Shown here piece after piece: positions 14,644-24,546 of a DNA stretch of 64,000 nucleotides (its first letter is position 1; each line of letters opens with the position of its first letter). A model generated the notes under the pieces. It ran no database searches. It worked only from the letters and a program-made list of their open reading frames with translations, and was not told where the DNA came from. The position numbers were made by a program, and so were the translations under genes. This stretch comes from Enoplolaimus lenunculus. Lineage: Eukaryota. The stretch covers positions 1 through 64,000 of the forward strand of contig JASANG010000932.1 in assembly GCA_030248215.1 (NCBI GenBank), given 5' to 3'.

Positions 14644-14772
14644 AATCAAGATGATCGGTCGGTAATCATTCCTGAAACCACATACTCAGAGCCGCGCCTT
14701 CCGACGCAACAGCCGGGATATAAAAGAAAGTTTAAGCAAAAATTCGGTCTGCCACGGTTTTTTCAAAAATGA
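387..14772 (+). CDS. ZP (zona pellucida/cuticlin-type) domain type I membrane protein, ~1491 aa, 10 coding exons, very long low-complexity C-terminal tail
   Basis: Exons 387-440, 2836-2872, 3160-3347, 4619-4746, 5875-5996, 6504-6585, 7143-7311, 8173-8293, 10367-12528, 13360-14772. All introns are GT-AG with matching phases (0,1,0,2,1,2,0,1,0); total 4476 nt. The product has a signal-like N-terminus ([22 protein letters not shown]), ZP-N with 4 Cys (IRCD, EKCA, KDCG, LVSC), ZP-C with 6 Cys ([28 protein letters not shown]) and a TM segment [23 protein letters not shown]. Confidence 0.8.
606..774. mobile_element. hAT-like MITE
   Basis: TIR CAGTGGTGGATCCA / TGGATCCGCCATTG; perfect 8-bp TSD TGTGCAGG. 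Confidence 0.8.
927..1256. mobile_element. Palindromic PIF/Harbinger-like MITE
   Basis: ~100-bp inverted arms starting TGCGG; TAA TSD; internal GTTGACCCTAC repeats. Confidence 0.8.
1500..1745. repeat. AT-rich dispersed repeat; inverted copy at ~49690-50145
   Basis: Reverse-complement similarity read by eye over ~240 bp. Confidence 0.7.
2836..2872 (+). CDS. ZP gene exon 2
   Basis: TTTCAG acceptor, [12 protein letters not shown], donor GTAAAT, phase 1. Confidence 0.65.
2901..3120. mobile_element. TTAGGC-MITE, two tandem partial left ends
   Basis: TAAAGATCAGGGGCGGAACG occurs twice, followed by TTAGGC units. Confidence 0.7.
3160..3347 (+). CDS. ZP gene exon 3 (ZP-N)
   Basis: [25 protein letters not shown]...KDCGVVLQ is a typical ZP-N start; AG/GT boundaries. 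Confidence 0.85.
3392..3618. mobile_element. TTAGGC-MITE (Merlin-like)
   Basis: GGCC-type TIRs; TSD AAGTTTGG/AGGTTTGG. Confidence 0.8.
4619..4746 (+). CDS. ZP gene exon 4 (end of ZP-N)
   Basis: [29 protein letters not shown]; phase 0 in, phase 2 out; this frame is not in the ORF track. Confidence 0.8.
5610..5843. mobile_element. TTAGGC-MITE subfamily 2, truncated, with GCGTTGCAAAAGCG higher-order repeats
   Basis: End TAAAAGTAACATGAGCC; similar to 30143-30333. Confidence 0.7.
5875..5996 (+). CDS. ZP gene exon 5 (linker and ZP-C start)
   Basis: [15 protein letters not shown]...[12 protein letters not shown], donor GTAAGT, phases fit. Confidence 0.75.
6345..6485 (+). mobile_element. Degenerate tRNA-derived SINE fragment
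   Basis: Decayed A/B boxes; body TTTTCTAACTGC...TACCTGGACTG resembles the 52800-53106 element. Confidence 0.45.
6504..6585 (+). CDS. ZP gene exon 6 (ZP-C)
   Basis: TTTCAG acceptor; [27 protein letters not shown] matches the ZP-C 'C-x-A...L-x-D-x-x-G-C' motif. Confidence 0.85.
6938..7044. mobile_element. Minimal (internally deleted) TTAGGC-MITE
   Basis: TIR GGCCCATGTATAGAACAG; TSD AAAATATT. Confidence 0.85.
7143..7311 (+). CDS. ZP gene exon 7 (ZP-C)
   Basis: [10 protein letters not shown]...ARLKMFQF...[16 protein letters not shown], donor GTAAGC. Confidence 0.85.
7350..7781. mobile_element. TTAGGC-MITE with expanded ~300-bp TTAGGC array
   Basis: TIRs; perfect TSD GGGGTATT. Confidence 0.9.
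8173..8293 (+). CDS. ZP gene exon 8
   Basis: TAGCAG (NAGNAG) acceptor, QICTTPTSQ...HIPLR, donor GTAAGA, phase 1. Confidence 0.75.
8321..8935. mobile_element. TTAGGC-MITE with higher-order GCCTAA/ATGATGAGCCTATTCC expansion, left TIR truncated
   Basis: Right end CCTGATCTATACATGAGCC. Confidence 0.8.
9005..9478. mobile_element. TTAGGC-MITE remnant with long TTAGGC/TTAGAC array
   Basis: Ends in CTTATACTGCTGTTCCGGCCCT, like other copies. Confidence 0.75.
9572..10258 (-). mobile_element. Helentron-associated (DINE-1/HINE-like) non-autonomous rolling-circle element
   Basis: 17-bp subTIRs TTATTGAGCGAAGCTCG (9602-9618 / 10242-10258), (GTCY)n microsatellite ~10136-10190, internal ~157-bp tandem repeat, short hairpin GTAGT-GGG-ACTAC beyond the 3' subTIR. 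Confidence 0.75.
10367..12528 (+). CDS. ZP gene exon 9 (TM helix plus ~680 aa Ser/Thr/Gly/Lys-rich tail)
   Basis: 2.16-kb open frame; acceptor TTTTTAG is in phase with exon 8; donor AAG/GTAAGC. Confidence 0.85.
12722..12947. mobile_element. TTAGGC-MITE
   Basis: Both TIRs present; TSD not recognisable. Confidence 0.8.
13016..13343. mobile_element. TA-flanked MITE family D (Tc1/mariner/pogo-like)
   Basis: TIR CTGTAGTGACCCGAATAAGAG. Confidence 0.8.
13360..14772 (+). CDS. ZP gene exon 10 (GNH repeats, polyQ, stop)
   Basis: TTTCAG acceptor, phase 0, open for 470 codons and in frame with ORF 13975-14772. Confidence 0.75.
13561..13870 (+). repeat. Coding 9-nt-based repeat (GGY AAC CAY) encoding Gly-Asn-His
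   Basis: Read directly in the frame of exon 10. Confidence 0.85.
14149..14643 (+). repeat. Coding (CAA/CAG)n polyglutamine tract, ~165 codons
   Basis: Read directly; a few H/K/P/L/N interruptions. Confidence 0.95.
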
Positions 14773-14860
14773 GAAAACTTTTAACTTTATTTTTTGTCAC
14801 ATAAATCACAGTTTATGCACAAACTGTTCATAATAACGAGCATAATTACTGCTAAATCAC

Positions 14861-15086
14861 CGCTCATGTAAAGATCAGGGGCGGAACGTTTTTCTGAATG
14901 ACTGCAATAGAGTAAGCTTAAGCTTTAGACTGATTTTTTTCTTGGCTTAGGCCTAAATTAAGGCTTAGGAAAATGCTCATTCTTATGCTTAGGCTTAGGC
15001 TTAGGTTTAGGTTTAGGTTTAGGTTTAGGTTTAGGCTGTGGAGTATGCTTATAGTACTGTTCCGCCCCTGTTCTTTACATTAGCCC
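14861..15086. mobile_element. TTAGGC-MITE between the two convergent stop codons
   Basis: TIRs; TSD TAAATCAC. Confidence 0.85.
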
Positions 15087-15363
15087 TAAATCACCATGAA
15101 CGTTCGATAAATAACCGTCACGTCTGTACACATTCGCGCAATTGAAACTGTTACCCTTTCAGTCCGTGTAAAGATCAGTGACGAACGTTATTCTGTGGGA
15201 CTGCAATAGAGTAAGCTTAAGCTTTAGACTAATTTTTTTGCTTAGGCTAAAGGTGTAACCTATTAAGGGTTACGGTTGACTGTATGCAGTGCGGAAATTC
15301 CTGAGAATTTGACAAAACAGTGGCTTAGCTAAGTAATTTTGACACACAGGATGGTTGAATGGT

Positions 15364-15471
15364 TTAAGCATTAAAGCGTTCAGATGACGTCATAAGCGTT
15401 GTCAGCTTTCGATTGACTTCAGCGATATTCACTCTAAGATGATTCAGACGCTCTTGTTGAACAGCGTAATT
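15364..15471 (-). CDS. SAPCD2: SAPCD-like exon 5 (terminal)
   Basis: TTTCAG acceptor, NYAVQQERLNHLRVNIAEVNRKLTTLMTSSERFNA*. Confidence 0.8.
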   Translation of the reverse strand, partial: NYAVQQERLNHLRVNIAEVNRKLTTLMTSSERFNA

Positions 15472-18400
15472 CTGAAACGAAAAGATGACACGTTCAGTGG
15501 TTGAACCAGGGGGTTGCTAGTGCCGGCGGAAACGCTCCCCCCGCAAACCCCCAATTTGTCGGCCCCGATCCTTGGGGTGCTTCATTTTGGCAAACTAAAA
15601 TTTTTTTCGCTTACCACAAAGTTATAGAGTTGTGAAACATTTTATTGGGGGTATACTCAGACCTGTTTGGGAGGGAGGCGACTATCTTAACGCCAGCCCT
15701 GGGGGTTGCAAACGAGTTATCTAAAAAGCTCACAAATGTTTTCTGGCCAAATAAAGTAAACTGTTTGATGTGGTCACAATCCGCTCTCAGTGTTTAGATT
15801 AAACGTTAATAACAGTCAATTGTTTAACAGTTTTTTAATTGAGTAGTAATTGATCATCCAGACGTTCATGAGAAGCTCAAATATGCAAAAAAATTTCAAA
15901 AGTTCTCGAAATGACCGATTACCATTGTTTGGTTGTATCGACTGGACAGCTTTTGTTTCGTTTTCAACGCAACAAGTCTCGCTTTGTACCATTCGCATGC
16001 GGATTCAGCGGCTTGTAGTCCACGTGTTATTAGGTTGACTTCTTCTTGATTCAATTTTGACGCCATGGTCAGCGTCGATCCTGTTTCTCCAACTGTCTGC
16101 CGTCGGCCGCGTCCAAAATAGTTTTGATGTTTGCCGGCTTGACTCGATTTGAAATTTTTAATTGTCTGCAATATAAAGTTAGAATTAATAGATTTGAAAC
16201 GTTCAAATTGTATCAACAAATATTTTGAATGTAAAGATCAGTTGCAGAAGCAAGGGTGTGTGCCGGCCGACCAGATAATATCCAGAAGCCAGCAGGGGTG
16301 TGTGCCGGCCGACCTGATAATATCCAGAAGCCAGCAGGGGTGTGTGCCGGCCGACCAGATAATATCCAGACGCCAGCTTTGCTGTGTTGAAAATTTTGCG
16401 AAGCAAATGGATCATCTGAAGCTCACAATGTCTGTTTTAGCTATTTTGTGTGAAAAATAAGGGGTGGATTCTGAATTTTACTCGAAACATCTTGCACTTT
16501 CGGCTCAAATAGTGACTCTTGAAATACCAAAAGAGTTGCTAAAAGGGCTTTACGAACGGTCCCATAGCCCAGGAAGGGCAGGGGGAGCATAGCTACATCC
16601 CGCCAACATTTTGGCCGCCTAGAAAATTTTCAACCTTGCTTGTAAGTCAACGCAAACCCTTGTATGCGCCACCTGAAAATTTTTTAGCCTTCCTAACAAG
16701 GTGAGCTGGCTACGTGCCTGTTTGTCAAATTGTAACAACTTTACAACACAAAAATTATCCTCAACCAACGGAATATGCTGGATCAGCCAGTCAGAAACGC
16801 AACTGTTTTATATTAAACGCTTTTTATCGTTTGTCAAAACGCTATTTTTTACATGAACGCAAATACGGATTTCTGAGCTCACAAAGCGCTTTTCATTTTT
16901 GATGCGATTCCATGTTTGCTGACGCCATAAGTTGGTTTGTTTGAAGTTCCGGTCAATGTAAAGAGCAGGGGCGGAACAGTATTAAGCATATTCCTAAGCC
17001 TAAGCCTAAGTGTAAGCCTAAGCGTAAGAATGAGCATATTCCCAAACCTAAGCCTAAGCCTAAGTCTAAGTGTAAAACACTAAGTCTAAGTGTAAGTTTA
17101 AGCGTAAGAATGAGCTATTCGTTAACCTAAGCCTAAGCCTAAGCCAAACAAAAAAATTAGTCAAAAGCTTAAGCTTACCCTTTTCTAGTCCCACAGCAAA
17201 AACGTTCCACCCCTGATATTTACATGGGCGGAAGCTTTCTATTTCTCGAACGCTAGCAAAGCTGTATAGCCATTTGAGCATACAGTCTAAAATTTTCAAG
17301 TCATTAGATTGGAACTAAATTTATTGTTTGAAAACCTATTACTAACTGGTGATAGATGCTATAGTCATTTAAGAATGGGATTCATAAAGTTACCGATAAT
17401 GTTCCTCGGATCGGTTCGGGATCTTCGGGTGATTTCTGGTATTTCAAGTTTGCATTTAGAATGTCGTATTCCATCAATGGCTGCTTTATTGCCGAAGTTG
17501 ATCCAATCAATGGCTGCTCTCTTGTTAAAGTTGATCCAACCAATGGCTGGTCTCGTGCAAGAGTTGATCCAACCAATTGCTGGTCTCGTGCAAGAGTTGA
17601 TCCAACCAATGACTGCTGTTTAGCAGAGATTGGTTCAACCAATGTCTGCTCCCTGGCAAAAGTTGATACAATCAATGGCTGCTCTCTGGCAGATGTTGAT
17701 CCAATCAATGACTGCTCTCTTGCGGAAGTTGATCCAATCGTCTGAGGGGATACGCTTCTCTTGGAGTACACACGAGAGTGTAGGGACGACGACCTATGGG
17801 CTGGGCAATAGGCAATGGTTACCAAGCTATCATGACCGGTACGATCTTCTGACCATGGCGCAGAATAAGCGGAACCGGATCGGGAGAGTATTCCTGTAAC
17901 CATATCATCCGCTTTGGATTTATAGACAAATGACACAAGTGATATGCGACTATACTCACTCAATATCGAACGCAATAAATTGCGCGCAAAATTGCAAAAA
18001 TACAATTTTGTACTGAATAAATCATTGCGTCTGGCTTCTCGCTCGCTTCGCTCTCAACGTTTTTTCACTGGGTACTTTGGCTACGATTAGCACCTGGGTA
18101 CAACTGGAAGTCTGCCTCCGGCTCCGGCAGAAAATCGGCCTCCGGCTCCGGCTCCGGTAGAAGATTTCTCGGAGGTTCCGGCAATTTCGGTTGTAAAATT
18201 TTGCATAATTTTCCTAAATTTATCTGTTTAGCGCGTTTCGATTGACTTTTGTTACAATTTTCATAAAAGAATTGCCAAAATTTGACAGAAAATGAGCGTG
18301 AAACCAAACAACTCAACAACATTTTTCAGATATTGGCTAAAATGAACTAATTAACCATCATTTTTACTACTTAATTTCGCCTCACCTTCACCTCCGGGTC

Positions 18401-21400
18401 CGGTCCGTCAAGTTTCGTTGACCTCCGGCTCCGGCTCCGGTATTTTTCACCTCCGGTTGCACCATGATTGGCAGAGACACTCAAGTCTTCTCAAACGCTA
18501 TCGTCCAAAAGTATTGGACCGTGTTGTTAGACCCATGTCAAGTATAAGGACCTGTCCTCTAGAAAACAACGTAACTAAAAGACTGGGAAGTTTAGGCCTT
18601 GGTTTTGGCTTAAGCTTAGGCTTAGGCTTCGGCTCTCGACCAGAGTTATGTTAGGCTTACGCTTTGGCTTGGGATTAGGTTTAGGTTTAGGTTTACGTTT
18701 AGTACACAGTTCCCTATTGTTTACTTGTGCCTAATTTGTCTTGTTGGTACGGGTTTAATAATGATATTTGTTTGACTTCCAGTTCGTAAACTTTTATCAC
18801 TATTATCGGCTCTTAGATTAGATTAGTCTTAGGCTTGACAAAATGTGCCGAAGCGTGCCGTTTACATAGCTAAAAAAACTGCTAAATTCATCAGTGATGA
18901 TGGCTGTTTAAAATTATGGCCCAGAACAGAGACGGAACCTTTTCCTGCGGGTCTGTAATAGAGTCAGCTTAAACTTTAGACTAACTTTTTTTGCTTAAGC
19001 TTAGAAATAGGTCTATCCTTACGTTGATGCTTAAGCTTAGGCTTAGGCTTAGGAATAAAGCTTTTACTATTGTTCCGACCCTGTTCTATACATGAGCCCA
19101 AATGATTGCAAAATTTGGTCAATTCACCCCAATATTTTGCGATTTTGGAATGAATTTGCGTTGTATATTCGTGTGATAATTGTTAAACACTGCGCATTGT
19201 GTAATAATACTTTGTATAAAGCTTAGCAGACCAATGCGTATATTAAAAACCTGAACTATTTCTTCGGTTGGCATTAATATACTTGGCAACCGGAACCGGT
19301 GGAGGTGGCGGATGTATCCTTTGATCTCGATTCAAATACAGCGGCGACGTTTGATCGGAACTAATGCCGGAACTGGTTTGTACAGGTGAAATAGACGATA
19401 TATCTGGTGTGTAAGCTGATTGGGCAACATAACTTGGTCGGTTAGGTCCACGATATCTAAAATGTTGGTTAACAGCCATTTAATGAACCATTTATAGAAC
19501 AACCGGAACCGAAAATAAAACGAATTCAAACAAAGAGATGCATTTCTTCTAAGATTTCTGACATCACAGTACACCTTGGTCGAGTCTTACACATTTCCTT
19601 TGATGCAAGAGTTACAAGACTTATCACCAACTGGAATACTTCTGACAGTAGAATACTAATCAATATGAAAACAAAGTTTCAAAAAGCAATCATACTGTAG
19701 TGACCAGAATAAGACGGGGGGACTGATATTTATTTTGCCTCTCCAGAGGGTACCCCTCCGTTATTTGGTTACGGACTGTTATTTGTTTTTAACGCACGCT
19801 CGCCGCCCTTCGTTACTGATACATATCCGGTACTGCAATTATCCGTTGAATTAAACGTTTATTTGTCTTAAATCAAAAGCCTGAACTCTCAAAACTTAAG
19901 TATGCTTTAAAGTTTCGAAATCATGTTAATCTCTCTTTTGGGCAAGACTGTGACCTTCCGCAGAATTTTTGTTGGTTGCCATGTCCGTTAATTATTTTCT
20001 GGATTATTTAATAAAATACATTCAGGTTGATATTTGGTCGTGGAGCCATTTTATGCACTACACTTAGGGATAATTGACATTTATGGACTCTAATTATGGT
20101 TTAGGCCTCTATCCGCTTACGGACTCATATTAAGGATACAAACTCCTATTGATTGGCACTCAAAATGGGCACTCCCACTTATTACTCCTCTCGCTCTCTT
20201 ATTCGGGTCACTACAGTATCAGAAACGTGAATGTAACTCCTCGAAACTTCTGAAAACATTTCAAAAAAGACACTTTTACAAGCTGTAGAATAACTTGCAG
20301 AGGTAAAACATTTTCTCGCTGGCTACACTCACACTCGCAAGGATTATTAGGCGAAAGTTATCCGCTTCCGAAATGAAATCCTGGCTACGGTTCTGACTGG
20401 TGTACCTTGTCTGTATACTTCGATCGATCATGCTGTTATTGCGCTTATGGCTGCGGTACTCAACTCCAAAAGTGCTTGGGACAGACTCTGTAGGTTGATG
20501 TAAAATTCGCGGCCGGAAATGATTCCGGTTTCGATCCTCGCTTCCAGATAAATATCCGGTCGTTTTGGGGGTGGGACCAACAAATTTGGATGGATTTAGT
20601 TCGGGCTGCACCTGGTACCGAGTGGTGTCGGCGATGCTCTGGTTTGGATCCGGCAATTTTGGGTTGGTAGGTCCGGGCGGATTATAGGCCGGTGAAGTTT
20701 CAGGACATGCGTGGACGTTACGACTTCGCCAAAAATGAACCAGCTCCGCGGGGCTTTCGATCGATTTACTTGGTAAGCGTTGATGGTTACTGGTAGGAAG
20801 AGTTCCTGAATTCTGTGCGGTGTCGATGGTGGAAACTTTATGGCCCGTGGGTGGGATGCTACTGTGACAGCTGCGACGTCGAGTTGACGGGTGGACCCTG
20901 CGCTGGGAAGCTATGGGGGTTGGGTTAGCCGAGACGCCAAACGTTGCTTTTGACTCCGGCGTCTGAGGACTGCTAGGATCACTTCGAGGGTTCGTTATTC
21001 GGCTTTCAAATTTTACCGTTTGGAATTCGTTTGGCACCCCTGACGTTTCAGAGACCAATTTTGACGCGAGACCAGATCGGCTGACGTCAGTTGTTGGCGA
21101 ATCGTACTGAGAATCTGATACTCGTGGTTGCCAATATTCACCACGTTGGAGTGGTCGGTTACCCGAAGAAATATCATTCTTACAGTCAACTGTAGGGGGC
21201 TGCCCCTTGTGAAGTTGCTTGATTTCAGGTCCCCTAACGAACCGAGGGGCATACTTGTCACTGTTTTCTTCTTGGGTAGAAGGGTTCGCTAGTCTCAACG
21301 CGAGCGACAGCGCAGAACAAAACGTTTCAAACGAAATAATCCCGTTCGGTGGGGTTAGTTTTCGGAGGCAAGTGAGAAAATTTGACGGCATTGAAGATAT

Positions 21401-21616
21401 CGAATGCCGCCCGTTGGCTGAAGGCCGCAGTAGGCTCTGGTGGGCTGTGTACCCAGCGGCCTCTTGCCACTTTGACGCAAAATCACCGTAGGTTATATAG
21501 CCGGAACGGCTGGTATCGAGAAGATCAAATAACAGCTTTATGTTGCTGAAAAATTCCGGCGGAAGACCTTCGCTTTGATGTTGCCGCCGATAAGAAGGCG
21601 TGTCGGCTTGAAGCAT
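15364..21616 (-). CDS. SAPCD2: Suppressor APC domain-containing protein (SAPCD2-like), ~755 aa, 5 exons
   Basis: Exons 21616-20406, 19456-19251, 17893-17394, 16165-15923, 15471-15364; GT-AG, phases 2,1,0,0; 2268 nt. The N-terminal GLPPEFFSNIKLLFDLLDTSRSGYITYGDFASKWQ resembles the SAPCD2 EF-hand-like start. LITRGLQAAESACEWYKARL and ERLNHLRVNIAEVNRKL resemble the Suppressor_APC coiled coil. Confidence 0.8.
15923..16165 (-). CDS. SAPCD2: SAPCD-like exon 4 (Suppressor_APC motif)
   Basis: TTGCAG acceptor, ...RGLQAAESACEWYKARL..., donor GTAATC. Confidence 0.85.
16252..16377. repeat. 42-bp tandem repeat x3
   Basis: GGGTGTGTGCCGGCCGACCAGATAATATCCAGAAGCCAGCA repeated. Confidence 0.9.
16951..17230. 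mobile_element. TTAGGC-MITE
   Basis: Both TIRs; degenerate TSD. Confidence 0.8.
17394..17893 (-). CDS. SAPCD2: SAPCD-like exon 3 (contains 11-aa repeats)
   Basis: TTACAG acceptor (an in-phase alternative AAG lies 18 nt upstream), donor GTAACT. Confidence 0.65.
17474..17740 (-). repeat. Coding 33-bp minisatellite, ~8 x [IV]GST[SL]AR[ED]QPL
   Basis: Visible in the translation of ORF 17382-18005. Confidence 0.85.
18097..18466. mobile_element. hAT-like MITE with CCGGCT subterminal repeats (short relative at ~58607-58698)
   Basis: Ends resemble CAGGGTGCAACCGG; shared AAGTTTCGTTGACCTCCGGCTCC. Confidence 0.6.
18918..19098. mobile_element. TTAGGC-MITE
   Basis: TIRs; TSD AAAATTAT/CAAATGAT. Confidence 0.75.
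19251..19456 (-). CDS. SAPCD2: SAPCD-like exon 2
   Basis: TTTTAG acceptor, YRGPNRPSY...HPPPPPVP...RRNSS, weak donor GTTTTT. Confidence 0.7.
19695..20216. mobile_element. MITE family D
   Basis: TIR CTGTAGTGACC.GAATAAGA; TA on both sides. Confidence 0.85.
20406..21616 (-). CDS. SAPCD2: SAPCD-like exon 1
   Basis: Long ORF; donor AAG/GTACAC just before a repeat-like CAGAACCGTAGCCAG stretch; phase 2 joins exon 2. Confidence 0.85.
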
Positions 21617-22282
21617 GGTCGAGGTTTGTTGTGTTTAAATTGTTCCGGTTTTTAGTATTAAACAATAGAACAGTTACCGCTATAGCGTAAATTAATACCT
21701 ACTTAGTGTGAATATTGTGATGATAAAGCAAAATCATTTTTAATTTTATCTGAAATTTACCATCTATCGAGATATTTATCATGTTTTCCAGTGTTATTGT
21801 AATCCAATTAACATTGTCAACGTACACGGTCACATGCAAACATTTACATTACACGTGTGACTGAAAAAATACGAAAAAGTAAGTCAATCAGTTCCGTTGC
21901 AGTTGGCATAAATGCAAATGATGGTTAGAATGTTTGAAGTTTGAAAAAAATCCGGCAAGTTAAAATAGCGGAACCGGATGTCGATTTTTTGCTGAAGCAG
22001 GAGCCGGATCCGGATATACGGTCGCATAGTTTATTTAGCTTCCCCACGTGGTTCTTGACCTTCGGCGTCGGCTCCAGTTGTTTCACCTCAGGTTGGTCCT
22101 TGATGACCAATTAAATCAAAGACTTTCCAGCACCTTCATAGACAGAAAGATCTGCGTACTGTCTTACACCTCCTACCACATTAAAAATATATCAAAAATC
22201 GGAAACTTAGTTCGTATCTGATGAATATTACGAAAACGTTTGTAGCATTATAAGTGGACGTATCAACGTTATAGTAGCGTTA

Positions 22283-22549
22283 GGGTTGTGCCATACTTGA
22301 CGTCCGGCGCCGTCCGTGTCCTACATGGCTCCGTCCGTAACCGTCCAACGCCGTCTGTCATCGTGCGTCATTCGTCCGGCGCCGTGCGTCACCCGTCCGC
22401 ACCGTCCGGCGGATTCAGTCACCGTCCGTCACTATACGGTATCATACGTGTATAATTTTCGTACGATAACGCACGGTTACAGGAGGCGCCGTACGGTATC
22501 GTGCGGGTGACGGACGGCGTCGGACGTCAACAAAACTATGGCGTCACCC
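22283..22549. mobile_element. GC-rich PIF/Harbinger-like MITE family E
   Basis: GGG...CCC ends, TTA TSD, inverted TTGACGTCCG.CGCCGTCC. Confidence 0.8.
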
Positions 22550-22712
22550 TTATTTTAATCAAACAACTCATAAAACGTTGATTTTAAGCTGAGACGGGTA
22601 AACTGAGATAGGAAATTTAAATCTGAAATTTTGATTGGTGAATCACGTTTTATATGTTTGCTAATTTTAAGTACTATACGGTTAAACCATTGCTTTTTCG
22701 TCTAAGTATGCG

Positions 22713-22873
22713 TGGGTCCGTAGCCAAGAGGGCGACAGGGGGCTTCGCACCCCCTGCAAAAATTTTGTCACCCATAGGAAGTTTTCATTCTTGTAAGTCA
22801 ACGAAATTGTATGTATGCCCCTCCTAAATAAGTTTTAGCCCCCCCCTCCCCCAGTGAGCTGGCTACAAGCCTG
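22713..22873. mobile_element. hAT-like MITE family G (CAG.CCCGTAGCC ends); other copies ~5360, 6130-6261, 16557-16720, 28318-28483, 54836-54996, 55437-55787, 61786-61946
   Basis: Shared CTTGTAAGTCA and GGTGAGCTGGCTAC.GGCCTG; degenerate 8-bp TSD. Confidence 0.7.
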
Positions 22874-24352
22874 AGTGTGTGCTAACAGAACACAAACAAC
22901 AAGGAATGTTTAACCGGATATCGGTTTCCGGTTGCAATCGGTCTCCATTCGAGTTATAGAAATACTGGTAATTCTGTTATTTTTATGTTTGTATTGCATT
23001 CTTGCTTTTTTTGTTATTTTGATCACTATCCGTTTCCGCATCCGGTATGTGTACCATTCATTTACATCCTGCTGACCAGCACTTGTCATAGTTCTAATCT
23101 TGAATGCGATAGCCAATCAGAATTTATGAATTGGCTTAAAAAAGCTAATTCTAGTAAAAGGTTTACTGTGTATAAAGCGGGGTTCACGTTATAACCGGGG
23201 CAGCTTGGGACACGTTTTGTTCCTATTCGACTGTTGGGTAACATTTTGTCTGCTTGTATAAACTCATATCGTATTCAAAAATTCGTATTTGTCTGCTATT
23301 ATCATGTGTAGGTTTTTGTCCTTCAATATGATATGATATTCGAGAGCGTACAGTTTTCTAGTCCTACAGAAAAACGTTCCACCCCTGATTTTTACATGGG
23401 CCGATGCTACAGACATTTGCCAACACGGCAATAAATCGTAACAGCTCCGCGATATCGTCAAATCTTATAAAAAATATATAGCGAAAAACTCATTCAAGAA
23501 CAGGGAAAAATAGTCTTAAAACTAGGAAAAGATATACTCTTAAAAACGGCATAGTTGCATTTTACTCAAAACCACATCTTCGATTTATTTAGAATTTTAA
23601 GAAAAAAATAACAATTTTTACTCAAAACGTAACATTTTTTGTTTCAAAAAATAAACGATAAATATTATGAAACAATCTTCAGATACATCCGCAATGTACA
23701 TCGTACGTCCTACACAATCCTTATAGGAACATTTGAAATTTACTATTCCTACACCCCCATGCAGGAAAGTTTTCGAGAGTAAGTTTATTATATATTTCAA
23801 TAAATTTCAAATCTCAAAAATAAACTCGATGGGTGTCGCCCCGAATTTTCAAATTGAAATCCTAACAAAAACAATGGCAGCGTTACCCCTCATTCCAAAT
23901 TTTTAACCGCTCCGCCAGTGATATGAGTATTATGAATTGATATAACCCTTAAATTGAATATAAACATTATTTTAAAAAAGATAAAAATACAGTTTAATAG
24001 TATATTTTTGAAAAACAAACACTCAAATTTGACAATTATGTTCCGCCCGGGCCCGGACCTAAAAATCGAATATTAAATTCTTAAAATAGAATATATAAAT
24101 CGTTAACAACGCATCAATCTGGCAGTAGCGACCCTGGAAGACAGTTGAGTCCCTGCTTCCACCCCCAGGTCGGTACGACCCCTGAAAAATTTTTTAGCAT
24201 AAAAATTTACTCGTTTTTATTGAAGAGAAAATATACTCAAAAAATGAATGAAATTGTTTTTGATACCAAACTTGAACTATCAATTTAAACTTTACGTGTG
24301 TACACGTTCGTTTGAAACGAAATACAATCTGAAGTAGATATATACAAGGGAA

Positions 24353-24546
24353 CGCCCGTCAGTATAGAACAGGGTCGGAACAGTCGTATAAGTATATTCC
24401 TAAACCTAAGTCTAAGCGTAAGAATGAGTCTATACCAAAGCCTAAGCCTAGTTTTAAGCCTAAGCAAAAAAAGTTCGTCTAAAGGTTAAACTGACTCTAT
24501 TACAGTCCCGCCGGAAAACAATCCGGCCCTGTTCTATACATGGGCC
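24353..24546. mobile_element. TTAGGC-MITE
   Basis: TIRs; TSD CAAGGGAA/CGAGGGAA. Confidence 0.85.

Noticed and set aside
13537..14665. Poly-N, poly-L and MVTMAT/MVAMVT ORFs
   Set aside because: Alternative frames of the GNH and polyQ exon; only one frame is open from acceptor to stop
16252..16377. QGCVPADQIISRSQ repeat ORF
   Set aside because: 42-bp tandem repeat in a SAPCD intron on the opposite strand, with no splice support
20276..20405. C-terminal part of the 446-aa ORF
   Set aside because: Read-through into an intron containing repeat-like sequence; the donor at 20405 is in phase with exon 2
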